Below are positions 11,649 through 23,902 of a stretch of DNA of 64,000 nt, piece after piece. Within the stretch, counting starts at the first letter, position 1. Every line of letters begins with the position of its first letter. This stretch comes from Mobula birostris (Eukaryota): NCBI RefSeq assembly GCF_030028105.1, contig NC_092372.1, positions 198,501,898-198,565,897 of the forward strand, given 5' to 3'. Below the pieces are notes generated by a model. That model did no database searches and was not told the origin of the DNA. It saw nothing but the letters and a program-made list of their open reading frames with translations. Both the position numbers and the translations under genes were made by a program.

Positions 11649-12265
11649 CAGAATCTGCCAATGGATATACCCAAGTGAAAATATGTGATGTAAATCAAGT
11701 AAATAAAATATTCTGTATTGTATTTAACTATTAATTTAACTGTTGAAGGAATCCTTGCTAATAGTGGAATAGTGGAAATGCATGATAAATTATGATATGA
11801 TGAAGGCATTTGGCTATCTAAATTGTTGACTTTACTCATGATTCTCCACTTGAAATATTTCCAGGACCAGACATTCTTTCTCAGAAAGGTGTGAAGTGGA
11901 GACACACTCCCTCAGGAAGTGAGAGACAATTGGACTGCAGATTACCCGGGGAACACTTGCTCTGAAATTCAAAAAAATGAAACTGCCAGAGGCGTGAGAA
12001 CGAAGCTGTCTGTTCCCATGGCCAACTCATGTCTGCTGATGGGAAAACCTGAAGACTAGGAAGGGGAAAAATATAATATAAATGTGTCAAAATCCCTGAA
12101 TGCCAAAACTTTATGTGTTGGTTTAAGAAATGAAAAATAGATTCCTAGCCCACAATAAACATAATTTAGCAGAATATGCTATTGGATATTCCTGAGTGAA
12201 AATATGTGATGTAAAGCAAGTAAATAAAATAAATTCAGTATTGTATTTAACAATTAGTTTAACTG
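11649..12265. repeat. Dispersed ~95-bp imperfect direct repeat (11649-11742 and 12170-12265)
   Basis: CAGAATCTGCCAATGGATATACCCAAGTGAAAATATGTGATGTAAATCAAGTAAATAAAATA-TTCTGTATTGTATTTAACTATTAATTTAACTG versus CAGAATATGCTATTGGATATTCCTGAGTGAAAATATGTGATGTAAAGCAAGTAAATAAAATAAATTCAGTATTGTATTTAACAATTAGTTTAACTG. Confidence 0.9.
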
Positions 12266-13404
12266 GGGACACAGCCAGACCTACAGCATAGTGCTAACAG
12301 AGACATAAATTATATTATGGAGTGAATTCCAACTTGTGTCTGGCATAGGGAATTAACACACTAATCAAAATAAAGTATGCCTCATTATCTGTGGGAACAA
12401 TACCAAAATATAATTTGGTTATTGGCACTGATAATGAATTCCTTTAGACTGGATGAGACTGTGTAGAAAAGGGAACTTATTTCACTTATTTACATTCTGT
12501 TGCTGGGGACTGAATTAGGACTTAAAATGACTTTGGTTTTGCAGATAAGGAGAAATGACTTTGGTTTAGTGGCTGTTGGCAAGGTTGTGTACAATTGTAC
12601 GTACCCATGAAGGGGTGGTTCCTGTGACTTGGGGGTTGGGACCTATTTGTATCATGTGCTGTTGGACACCAAGGGAGCACAACAATGCAGTCTGCCTAAT
12701 TGAGCTCCTCCAGTAATAGATCACTAGCAGTCTAATGTGCAGGGTTTGAAATAGGAGCAGTCCAGGAGAGGAAGTTAGCTGACTCTGAACAATCACAAGG
12801 CAGGATTCCTGGTCCAGAAAAAAAAGGTCACAGAAGTACCATCTATCAAGGCAAAGTTCACCATGCAGTAGATGCCTAGATTTCTTCAGCAAGACCTTCT
12901 CTCCAAAGAATGGAAGACAAATGAAAGCATGAATTTTGACAGTGGTTTGCCTGCAATGTCAGCAACTGGCAGCAGAGAAGAAGGTCTGACACAAAACTAG
13001 CTGACCTTTAAGGAGGTATCAAATTCAGTTTATTACTTTAAGTAGTCATGGACAAGGGGTATTTGAGAAGCTTTGCACCCAACTTTGAATATTCTTTTCT
13101 GCTCACCTGATACTCCTGCGACAGTGTCTGCTATCAGTATTTATTAACATGTCCTTGTGTTCCATTAAAAATTCATGTGTGTTGTCAAATATTTTATGGC
13201 CTCCTGCTCTGCTTCAAAAACTCTTCATCACGCATGCAATCCTTTGACTCTGGCCTTTTTTTCTCTCCTTCACCTTATAATGGAAATCAGGGCCTTAAGT
13301 TGCTTTTGTGTGGCAGGTCAATGGTTACTCCTTTGACCATTTTGTATGGATATTTGCGAGCTGGGATTTGACAGTGAACTGAATTATTGTTTTTGTGGCA
13401 CCTG

Positions 13405-13600
13405 TAAGAGTCACAGAGTGCAACAGCGCAGAAACAGGCCCTTTGTCTGCTCTGACCAGGAAGTACCAAATGTTACTGAACCCGAACCAATCCCATTTTA
13501 TTCTCTCTACTTTCTCACCAGCTCTTCCCCCAGAAGGTGCCACGTACATACACACTAGGGGCAAGTCACAGTGGTCAATTAACCTGCAAGTTGAATGTTG
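13405..13600 (-). mobile_element. SINE 3' part with CR1-type tail (HE1-like)
   Basis: AGAGTCACAGAGTGCAACAGCGCAGAAACAGGCCC...CACACTAGGGGCAAGTCACAGTGGTCAATTAACC. Similar to 53925-54165. Confidence 0.55.
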
Positions 13601-13972
13601 GTAAATTCCCATCTTCCTCAGAGTGTACTGCTGCAGTTCCACCCTACCATCATACAGAGCATCCTCACTTTTCTGGTTTGGTGCAGCATCCTCGCTCATA
13701 GGAACAACAGCAATCTGCCAGGTCAGCAGAAAAGGTCATGGGCTGTTGTCTGCTATCACTGCAGGACTTGTACTGTATGTGTCTGGGACAAATAAGCAGG
13801 CACTATTGCGGGCACTACTCACCATGTAAACTGCTTTTTCTTCACACCATCGTAAATGCTTCTTCCCCCAGACAGAAAATATGATCAACCATTCCAGTTT
13901 TCTGCCCCCTGTTTATTGCCTCCCAATACTACACTGCATTGTAAATACTCTAACCCACTCTTTATAATGCTG

Positions 13973-14132
13973 TGCTGCAGGGGTCGTGTTGGGCCCTCAA
14001 CTGTTCACGATATACATTAACGATCTGGAAGAGGGGACCAAGTGCACTCTATCTAGGTTTGCTGATGATACTAAATTGAGTGGAAAAGCAAATCAGGTGG
14101 CCTACTCTTGCTCCTATCTCTTAATGTTCTTA
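13973..14132 (+). mobile_element. Internally deleted CR1 (RT core fused to 3' tail)
   Basis: [35 protein letters not shown] is followed directly by the CR1 3' terminus GGCCTACTCTTGCTCCTATCTCTTAATGTTCTTA. Confidence 0.75.
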
Positions 14133-14921
14133 TATATTGTAGATACATGCTGGTATTTGTGTATGTAATGCCCTGGTTAAGATCTTTTACTGCTATGCTG
14201 TAGGTATTTCAGTTGAGCAGTCTGTTCTGCTTTTAGCATGTTTGGATTTGAGCTAAAGATAAGGGGCTATACGACTTAGGAACATTGTGTCAGCCATTCA
14301 GGATGGTGGGATTGGGAGAAGGTTCTGGAGAACGCTGGGCAGAGATGTTTTTGTGACAGACACTGGTGTGGGTCGAGATCTTTTTGGCAGAAGTTGGGGG
14401 AAGACAGGAAGGAAGATGGCTGAGGATGCCGTCCCTGTTGTACAAAGTGCTTTGTGCAGATGAATGGCCTCAAGGAAAAAGGACCTCTACTCCCATGGGA
14501 GAGCCCACTTGTCTGAGATGGGGTTTGAGCAACATTCGGAAGGTGGTGTGTGCTTTCATACAGAATGTGGGTCCAGTGCGTGAGTTAAAGACAACTTCAA
14601 CATGAGCTCCAATGTATGTGCACATTTGAACTATAATGAGTTTTTAATCTTTTTTCCTACTGTTTGATAAAGCTCAAATTTGTAAATATATTTTATTTAT
14701 AACTGTATGGACCGTATGATCTGTTATTTCTTGCTGACGGCTAAATACACAGGGCCGGTATTTACCCAGTATTCACATAGTTCGGGTTTCGGGTGTCGAG
14801 ACGTCCCAACTTCCAGGTTTTGTTGGGACTCATAGAAACATAGAAAATAGGTGCAGGAGTAGGCCATTCGGCCCTTCGAGCCTGAACTGCCATTCAGTAT
14901 GATCATGGCTGATCATCCAAC

Positions 14922-17900
14922 TCAGAACCCTGTACCAGCCTTCCCTCCATACCCCCTGATCCCTTTAGCAACAAGGGCCATATCTAACTCCCTCTTAAAT
15001 ATAGCCAGTGAACCGGCCTCAACTGTTTCCTGTGGCAGAGAATTCCACAGATTCACCACTCTCTGTGTGAAGAAGTTTTTCCTAATCTCGGTCCTAAAAG
15101 GCTTCCCCTTTATCCTCAAACTGTGACCCCTCGTTCTGGACTTCCCCAACATCGGGAACAATCTTCCTGCATCTAGCCTGTCCAATCCCTTTAGGATTTT
15201 ATACGTTTCAATCAGATCCCCCTTCAATCTTCTAAATTCCAACGAGTATAAGCCTAGTTCATCCAGTCTTTCATCATATGAAAGTCTTGCCATCCCAGAA
15301 ATCAATCTGGTGAACCTTCTTTGTACTCCCTCTATGGCAAGGATGTCTTTCCTCAGATTAGGGGACCAAAACTGCACACAATACTCCAGGTGTGGTCTCA
15401 CCAAGGCCTTGTACAACTGCAGTAGTATCTCCCTGCTCCTGTACTCGAATCCTCTCGCTATAAATGCCAGCATACCATTTGCCTTTTTCACCGCCTGCTG
15501 TACCTGCATGCCCACTTTCAATGACTGGTGTATAATGACACCCAGGTCTCGTTGCACCTACCCTTTTCCTAATCGGCCACCATTCAGATAATAATCTGTT
15601 TTCCTGTTTTTGCCACCAAAGTGGATAACTTCACATTTATCCACATTAAATTGCATCTGCCATGAATTTGCCCACTCACCCAATCTATCCAAGTCACCCT
15701 GCATCCTCTTAACATCCTCCTCACAGCTAACACTGCCGCCCAGCTTTGTGTCATCCGCAAACTTGGAGATGCTGCATTTAATTCCCTCATCCAAGTCATT
15801 AATATATATTGTAAACAACTGGAGTCCCGGCACTGAGCCTTGCGGTACCCCACTAGTCACTGCCTGCCATTCTGAAAAGGTCCTGTTTATTCCCATTCTT
15901 TGCTTCCTGTCTGCCACCCAATTCTCTATCCACATCAATACCTTACCCCCAATACCGTGTGCTTTAAGTTTGCACACTAATCTCCTGTGTGGGACCTTGT
16001 CAAAAGCCTTTTGAAAATCCAAATATACCACATCCACTGGTTCTCCCCTATCCACTCTACTAGTTACATCCTCAAAAAATTCTATGAGATTCGTCAGACA
16101 TGATTTTCCTTTCACAAATCCATGCTGACTTTGTCCGATGATTTCACCGCTTTCCAAATGTGCTGTTATCACATCTTTGATAACTGACTCTAGCAGTTTC
16201 CTCACCACCGATGTTAGGCTAACCGGTCTATAATTCCCCGGTTTCTCTTTCCCTCTTTTTTTAAAAAGTGAGGTTACATTAGCCACCCTCCAATCCGCAG
16301 GAACTAGTCCAGAATCTAAAGAGTTTTGAAAAATTAACACTAATGCATCCACTATTTCTTGGGCTACTTCCTTAAGCACTCTGGGATGCAGACCATCTGG
16401 CCCTGGGGATTTATCTGCCTTTAATCTCTTCAATTTACCTAACACCACTTCCCTACTAACATGTATTTCGCTTAGTTCCTCCATCTCACTGGACCCTCTG
16501 TCCCCTACTATTTCTGGAAGATTATTTATGTCCTCCTTAGTGAAGACAGAACCAAAGTAATTATTCAATTGGTCTGCCATGGCCTTGCTCCCCATAATCA
16601 ATTCACCTGTTTCTGTCTGTAGGGGACCTACATTTGTCTTAACCAATCTTTTTCTTTTCACATATCTATAAAAGCTTTTACAGTCCGTTTTTATGTTCCC
16701 TGCCAGTTTTCTCTCATAATCTTTTTTCCCCTTCCTAATTAAGCCCTTTGTCCTCCTCTGCTGAACTCTGAATTTCTCCCAGTCCTCAGGTGAGCCACTT
16801 TTTCTGGCTAATTTGTATGCTTCTTCTTTGGAATTGATACTATCCCTAATTTCCCTTGTCAGCCACGGGTGCACTACCTTCCTTGATTTATTCTTTTGCC
16901 AAACTGGGATGAACAATTGTTGCGGTTCATCCATGTGATCTTTAAATGCTTGCCATTGCATATCCACCGTCAATCCTTTAAGTGTCATTTGCCAGTCTAC
17001 CTTTGCTAATTCACATCTCATACCTTCAAAGTTACCCTTCTTTAAGTTCAGAACCTTTGTTTCTGAATTAACTATGTCACTCTCCATCTTAATGAAGAAT
17101 TCCACCATATTATGGTCACTCTTACCCAAGGGGCCTCTCACGACAAGATTACTAATTAACCCTTCCTCATTGCTCAAAACCCAGTCTAGAATAGCCTGCT
17201 CTCTAGTCGGTTCCTCGACATGTTGGTTCAAAAAAACCATCCCGCATACATTCCAAGGAATCCTCTTCCTCAGCACCCTTACCAATTTGGTTCACCCAAT
17301 CTACATGTAGATTGAAGTCACCTATTATAACTGCTGTTCCTTTATTGCACACATTTCTAATTTCCTGTTTAATACCATCCCCAACGTCACTACTACTGTT
17401 AGGTGGCCTGTACACAACTCCTACTAGCGTTTTCTGCCCCTTAGTGTTATGCAGCTCTACCCATATCGATTCCACATCCTCCTGGTTTATGTCCTTCCTT
17501 TCTATTGCATTAATCTCCTCTCTAACCAGCAACGCCACCCCACCTCCTTTTCTTTCATGTCTATCCCTCCTGAATATTGAATATCCCTGAATGTTGAGCT
17601 CCCATCCTTGGTCATCCTGGAGCCATGTCTCTGTGATCCCAACTATATCATATTCATTAGTAACAATCTGCACTTTTAATTCATCCACCTTGTTACGAAT
17701 GCTCCTTGCATTGACACACAAAGCCTTCAGGCGCGCTTTTACAACTCTCTTAGCCCTTACACAATTATGTTGAAAAGTGGCCCTTTTTGATGCTTGCCCT
17801 GGATTTGCTGGCCTGCCACTTTTACTTTTCACCTTACTAATTTTTTCTTCTACCCTCATTTTACACCCCTCTGTCGCTCTGCACTGGTTCCCATCCCCCT

Positions 17901-17976
17901 GTTGTGAACTAACCTCCTCTCGCCTAGCCTCTTTAACTTGATTCCCACCCCTCAACCATTCTAGTTTAAAGTCACC
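14922..17976 (-). pseudogene. CR1 ORF2: apurinic endonuclease plus reverse transcriptase, one frameshift and one premature stop
   Basis: Endonuclease motifs NARSI, ITETW, YRPP, GDFN, SDH. RT motifs PGPDG, YRPVSL, YLDFQKAFD, GVPQG, FADD. Extra base in the A7 run at 17230-17236 and an in-frame TAG at 15558-15560. Confidence 0.95.
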
Positions 17977-18928
17977 TCAGTAGCCCTCGCTAATCTCCCT
18001 GCCAGGATATTGGTCCCCCTGGGATTCAAGTGTAACCCGTCCTTTTTGTACAGGTCATGCCTGCGCCAAAAGAGGTCCCAATGATCCAAAAACTTGAATC
18101 CCTGCCCCCTGCTCCAATCCCTCAGCCACGCATTTATCCTCCACCTCATTGCATTCCTACTCTCACCGTCGCGTGGCACAGGCAGTAATCCTGAGATTAC
18201 TACCTTTGCGGTCCTTTTTCTCAACTCCCTTCCTAGCTCCCTATATTCTCCTTTCAGGACCTCTTCCCTTTTCCTACCTATGTCATTGGTACCTATATGT
18301 ACCACGACCTCTGGCTCCTCACCCTCCCACTTCAGGATATCTTTGACATGATCAGAAATATCCCGGACCCTGGCACCAGGGAGGCAAACTACCATCCGGG
18401 TCTCTGGACTGCATCCACAGAATCGCCTATCTGACCCCCTTACTATCGAGTCCCCTATTACAACTGCCCTCCTCTTCCTTTCCCTACCCTTCTGAGCTAC
18501 AGGGCCGGACTCTGTGCCGGAGGCACAGCCACTGTCGCTTCCCCCGGGTAAGCTGTCCCCCCGCCAACAGTACTCAAACAGGAGTACCTATTGTCAAGGC
18601 GCACAGCCACCGGGGTACTCTCTATTACCTGACTCTTCCCCTTCCCCCTCCTAACCCTGACCCACTGGTCTGCCTCCCGTGGCCCCGGTGTGACCACCTG
18701 TCTGTAACTCCTCTCTATCAACTCCTCACTCTCTCTGACCAGACGAAGGTCATCGAGCTGCAGCTCCAGTTCCCTAATGCGGTCCCTTAGGAGCTGCATC
18801 TCGGCGCACCTGGGGCAGATGTGGACGTCCGGGAGGCTTGGAGACTCCAGGGTCTCCCACATCCGACACTGAGAACAGCAAACTGCCCTCACACTCATAC
18901 TGCCCCTCTCCTCAAATAACAACAACAA
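17961..18928 (-). pseudogene. CR1 ORF1: zinc-finger/coiled-coil plus SGNH esterase, one frameshift
   Basis: CSQC...CPRC followed by a leucine zipper (LRDRIRELELQLDDL), then IGDS, HIGTND and DGLHLN esterase motifs. Frameshift in the G-run at ~18557-18565. Confidence 0.9.
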
Positions 18929-19524
18929 AAAAAAATGAATACCAAACCTTCCTAGCCTCGCCCGTTTCCGCCTAAGCCCAGTGAGCCAAAGCCCTTAAGC
19001 CTTCACTCTGCTCCCGGCTCACTCCGCAGCCCGCAAGCTACGCTGCCCTCTGTATGAGGCTCTGTTTCTTTTAAATCTTCTGCACTTCACTGCCCGACAT
19101 CACACGCCTGCGCAGTCCCGCCTCTCTGAACGCCGATGGAAAAAAAAATGAAAAATTCAGAAATGTCTACCTCCGCACTCCCGCTCTGATTCTCAGACTT
19201 CCTTCTTCGACTCAAGTCATGCTGACCCAGGACATACAGAGTTTGAGAAAGGTGGTATTTCTCACTGCTGTGTTGAGTTGCTATTAGCGAGAGTGTAATA
19301 AGCCGTGCTTCTATAGACGCCCGGTAAAAAGGGCGTATTTATGCATGTTATATTCCATATCCATATATGAATCACTCATTTTATTTTTATATGTATTTCT
19401 TTATACTTTATAATTGTTGAATATTTTTCGTTGCATGTCTTGCCGTGACCAACATACTACAGCAAATTCTGAATACGTGTAAATGTATGTATATGGCAGA
19501 TAAAGTTGATCCTTGATCCTTAAT

Positions 19525-19688
19525 GTTTTGGAGATGTGAGAGGAAACGGATGCACCCACAGGGGTCCAACATGATCACAGGGAGAAGCTGCAAGCCCTAA
19601 ACAGACAACCTTCGAGGTCAGAGTAGAATCAGTATTCAGTATCACTGGAGCTAAGAGGCAGCAGCTCTACTAGTTGTACCACTGTTAC
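19525..19688 (-). mobile_element. V-SINE (HE1-like)
   Basis: Reversed V-domain GGAAACGGATGCACCCACAGGG...CACAGGGAGAAGCTGCAA plus a tRNA-like head. Confidence 0.6.
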
Positions 19689-19902
19689 TCCCTCATCCTG
19701 TTTACCCCTATAAACCTCCTTGGTTAAAGTATAAAGTAAATGTATATGTATAGAAAGAACTTCAGAAGGCAAACGACATGTTGGTCTTGATTGAAAGAGG
19801 AGGAAAAGGGAGTTGTAGGAATAAAGGTTGTGAAAGTTGTACTGGGTTTTGGTGAGACCGCATTTGGAGTGTATACAGTTTTAGTGGACCCATTGTTAAT
19901 AT

Positions 19903-20265
19903 TTACTTACTGCCCGTTATGCCACTGGTGCTTAAAGTAGCAATGAAAGTCCTCCATCTATGTCAGTCCTTGGCCATCTTCTCTATTGAGCTCCAGGTGT
20001 AGTTCAGGGTCCTCACTTCTACCTTTACAGTACCAAGTTGTCTTTGGTCTCTGGTGTTTCCTCCACTCTTTAGGGATCCAATGAAGTGCTCTTTTCATGA
20101 TGGAGTTGGTCCCTCTTCTCATCACGTGCCCAATCCATCTCCAGCATTTCCTCATGATGATTGTGGCTATGTCCTCTTGATGACACTAATAGATAGGGTG
20201 TGGTTGGAAATCTTTCTTGGCCAGAAAATGTACTGGAGACTGATTGGAGTCTGCAATATCCAATC
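19903..20265 (-). mobile_element. RTE-clade LINE 3' fragment
   Basis: RKCWRWIGHVMRRGTNSIMKRALHWIPKEWRKHQRPKTTW and YIFWPRKISNHTL. Tail is (TAAG)n. Confidence 0.8.
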
Positions 20266-20477
20266 ATGGACTTGATTGCTGACTTGTAGTGGTTGGGTTA
20301 TGAAGAAAGAAATGAATCTGCTTAGTTTGTAGCTTCTAATTTCTGGAAGAATGAGGGCTGAACACATTAATACATTCAAGATTGTGAGAAATTTGCAGGT
20401 GACATAATGTAATGCCTTATTATCTCACTTTGGAGTCAGTGTTTTGGAGGAAAATATAAGTGATTCGGACTCAGATG

Positions 20478-20699
20478 TGTTACGGTGAGCCGAAACAATC
20501 AACACCTATTGTTCAGCTGACAACAGATCCCAGGCTGACTTTCATTAATTGATCGTCATTCCAATCAATGACTTGAATGTTCTAGGGAAAAACAAGTGCA
20601 ATTGAGGTTGAGGTGAGATTTGTAGTTGTATGGCTTACTGAATAAAGGAGTATTTTGAGTTCCATTTTTGTCCCATCTCCTGGCTTCGGGTCTTATTCA
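20478..20699 (+). repeat. 5' LTR of the Gypsy provirus
   Basis: TG...CA ends. Shares ATCCCAGGCTG, TGAATGTTCT and TTACTGAATAAAGGAGTATTT.GAGTTC...TCTCCTGGCTT with 23903-24139. Confidence 0.8.
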
Positions 20700-23600
20700 T
20701 AGTTTAAGGTGAGCAAAGACAACAAATTGCTCATGAGTTTCTGTATTACATCAACAAGGCAATTTCAGCAAAGGACTTACTTGCATTTCTACAAGAGCAG
20801 AAAGCTTAATTTGAAGTGGCCCAACTGAAGTTAATTGAAACCTTGACCAGCAGGGTATTAGTGAGCCCAACGATACGGGTGTTAAACTCTTTACAGAACT
20901 CATGTGAGGCAGCTGTTGCGTCCATTACCAACTTCCAGTTTAATGGCGCTTCAGGTGTAATGTTTGAATCCCGGGTCAAATGTTACAAAGATTAATTCCC
21001 AGTCAAGTTCACCAGCAAAGACAACTTGTGGAAGACACACATTTTGCTCCTAAGATAGGGTACTGCTGAACATAAGCATTACTTGAACTGCATTTTGCCC
21101 AGGAATCTATCATTGACCTATTGTTTGATGAAATTGTCTAATAACTAACAAGCATTTTTGGAGAGCAGCCATCTCTCTTCAGTGTCCGGTACCGATGCCT
21201 AAAACTCATTGAACATGATACCAATTACTTCATCACATGTCAGTGTCATCAATCGCGAATGTGAAAAGTTCAAGCAGTCTGACGTTTATTTACCAACTTC
21301 AGGTATTTGCACACAGCTCCTGGTCAGACTGGTGCAAGAACCCTGATTTCAGTTTGCAAGCTGTGACTCAAGAATATCAGTGTTTGATCAACCACATACA
21401 CCACTCCAACCTGGTTGAAGAGAACCAGTTTCCAATGGCCCAAATATCAATACTCGGCAGGTCTCTAAGTGATTAAATGCAATTTGTTAGAACTGTGGTG
21501 TGTTGAATTACCCAAGAAATTGTCAACACAGGAAACACATTTGCAGCAAATGCCAACACCGTGGTCATAAAGACGGCTTTTTCCCATCCTTCTTTGTCCT
21601 CTAGGCCGGTGAAACACAAGGTCAAGAAGTTCCAAAAGCCATGAAAATCTACAAGAAATTCAATGGTCATGTTCAAAGTTGACTTTGCCCCCAGGAGAAG
21701 GCACATCAATGTACTTATCAACGATCAGCTGATAAAGCTACAACTCAAAATGCACGTGGTGTCCACCAGTCAAATCAACTTACCACTCGGGCTGCAGTGC
21801 ATCGGGTAGAACCCTCCAGTTGGTTGGCAAACTGCACTACATGGTGAAACTGAATGGTAACCAAGTCAATGGTGTGTGTTACCTAACAGACCACCTGGAA
21901 TTGATTGGATGGACAAGCTTGATCTCTGGAGCATCCCTCTGGATGAGGTCTATATGAAGACACTGGCCGCTCATATCATGTCAGTCAATGCCATACCACC
22001 ATCAGTATGTGAGACCATACAATAGCAACTGCAACATCACTATGCAGCAGTATTTCACAAAAGTTTATGTTGCTGCACCAACCTGCAAGCAGAACTCCAA
22101 CTCTGTGCAGATGCAAGGCCAATCTTCTGCTCCAAAGACCAGTACAATACACTGCCTTACTAATTGTGGAGCAAGAGCTAGATCACCTGCAGCAAGCTGG
22201 TGTGATCAAAGCTGTCGACTACTCACATTGGGCTGCTCCTATAGTCATTATCAAGGGAGCCAATGGCACAGCGAGGTCGTGAGCAAACTTCTCAACTGGT
22301 CTCCATGCGGCTCTGGAGATGCACCAGTACCCATTGCTAGTACCAGTATATCATTTTGCAAAGTTGAATGGTGGTCCTTACTTTGAAAAGTTGGACTTGC
22401 CTGAAGCCTGCCTCCAGGTAGAAGTGGTGGAAAACTCACAGGAGCTTCTCATCATTACAACACATAAGGGGTTGTTTTCCTTCCTCCATCTGCCTTCCGG
22501 GGTCAAGGTGGCTCCTTCAATTTTCCAACACCTTACGAACACCAATCAGAGTGGCATTGATGGAGTTGTCACTTACCTCAATGGCATCATTGTGATAGGC
22601 ACGGATAAGGCAGAACTATGCAGATCCCTGGACCATGATTTGAACAAGCTACAAGACTTTGAATTGCACTTTCAGGCAGAAACATGTAGCCTCCTGAAGT
22701 CTTCAACTATGTATCTGGGACTCATCATAGAGGAACACAGTCATCACCCAGATCCCCAAAACATCACTGCTTTCTTTAAAGATGCCTTTACCATCAGACG
22801 TCAGCACATTATGATCTTTTTAAGACATGATCAGTAATTATTCAACATTTCTCCCAGCTGAGGGATCCACCTACTGTTCTGCTCAACAAGGGTGCTACGT
22901 GGAAGTAGTCCAAACAATGACAAACGGTGAAGAATATGTTGTTGTCTGACCATCTCTCGAAGCATCTCAACCCAGAGTTGCCTATCATCATCACGATGGA
23001 TGTGACCAACTACGGGGTGGGAGCTGCCATATCTCATATCTTTCCTGGCGGTTCCGAAAAAGCTGTCATGCATGCAGCCAGATTACTGATCACAGTAGAA
23101 AGGAACTTCTGACATGTTGACAAGGAAGCCTTGGGAATAATCTTTGCTGTGAAGAACCTCCACAAAATGCTTTATGGCAGATATTTCACTGCCATTACAG
23201 ATCACAAACTACCGCTGTCCATCTATGTGTCTAAGAAAGGCATCCTAGTGTACACAGCTAATTGTCTACAAAGGTGAACAATGATGTTATTCGCCTACAA
23301 TTTTGAAATCAAGTACCTTTCAACCCAGGAACTTGGTCAGGCGGATGCCCTCTCCAGACTAATGAATCAGCTGGTTACTGAAAACGATGACTCAGTTGTG
23401 GCTGCAATTTCTGGGCATTCCAAAGTAAACTGGGTTGTATGAGATGCTGCTGAAAGTTTTACGATCACGGTCGACAGGATCAGAGCAGAAATTGCTGCAG
23501 ATTCTCTTCAGATGGCCAGTCAAGATTAAGCTTTTACCGATGTCATACATTGCTCTCAAATGTGGACACCTGCCTAATGTTTGGAGACAGAATAGTGATT

Positions 23601-23902
23601 CCAAAAGTACTGATATCAATCGAAAGAAAGCCCTGACATAAAGCTTTATGTACAGGCTGGACATAGACAATTGCAAGCAGTGTACTCAATCTACTATGGT
23701 CACAAAGAATCCAAGTAGATCTGATCCACAACCATGGCCTCAGTTTACGTGTCCAAACCAACCACCAGTACCAGCACATCCTGAATAGAAAGTGACAGGC
23801 TGCAACCGCTAAGATGGACTTATCACAAGTGTAAAACAATTGTTCCAATCCAAAACAACCCTTGACTCAAATCCTATAGGTAATCATCTTCCAGAGGGTA
23901 GG

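Larger units (their letters stand above)
14833..19208 (-). mobile_element. Full-length, young CR1 LINE (5'UTR, ORF1, ORF2, 3' tail)
   Basis: CpG-rich 5'UTR (~18930-19208), ORF1, APE+RT ORF2, and a (TTTCTATG)n tail. Candidate 6-bp TSD GACTCA at 14827-14832 and 19209-19214. Confidence 0.95.
14164..19336 (+). mobile_element. Solo LTR-like repeat (14164-14832 plus 19209-19336) interrupted by a full-length CR1
   Basis: Begins TGTAATGCCC and ends AAAGGGCGT, a partial inverted terminus. Non-coding, and continuous across the CR1 TSD. Confidence 0.5.
13610..19521 (+). mobile_element. Rex-Babar 3' fragment split by nested insertions (pieces ~13610-13972, 14133-14163, 19337-19521)
   Basis: LLQFHPTIIQSILT...WFGAASS is a Rex C-terminus. 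The 3'UTR resumes after 19336 and ends ATAAAGTTGATCCTTGATCCTT. Confidence 0.65.

Noticed and set aside
11649-12265. CRISPR-like or LTR pair
   Set aside because: There are only two long units in a eukaryotic context, with no TG...CA ends, PBS or PPT.
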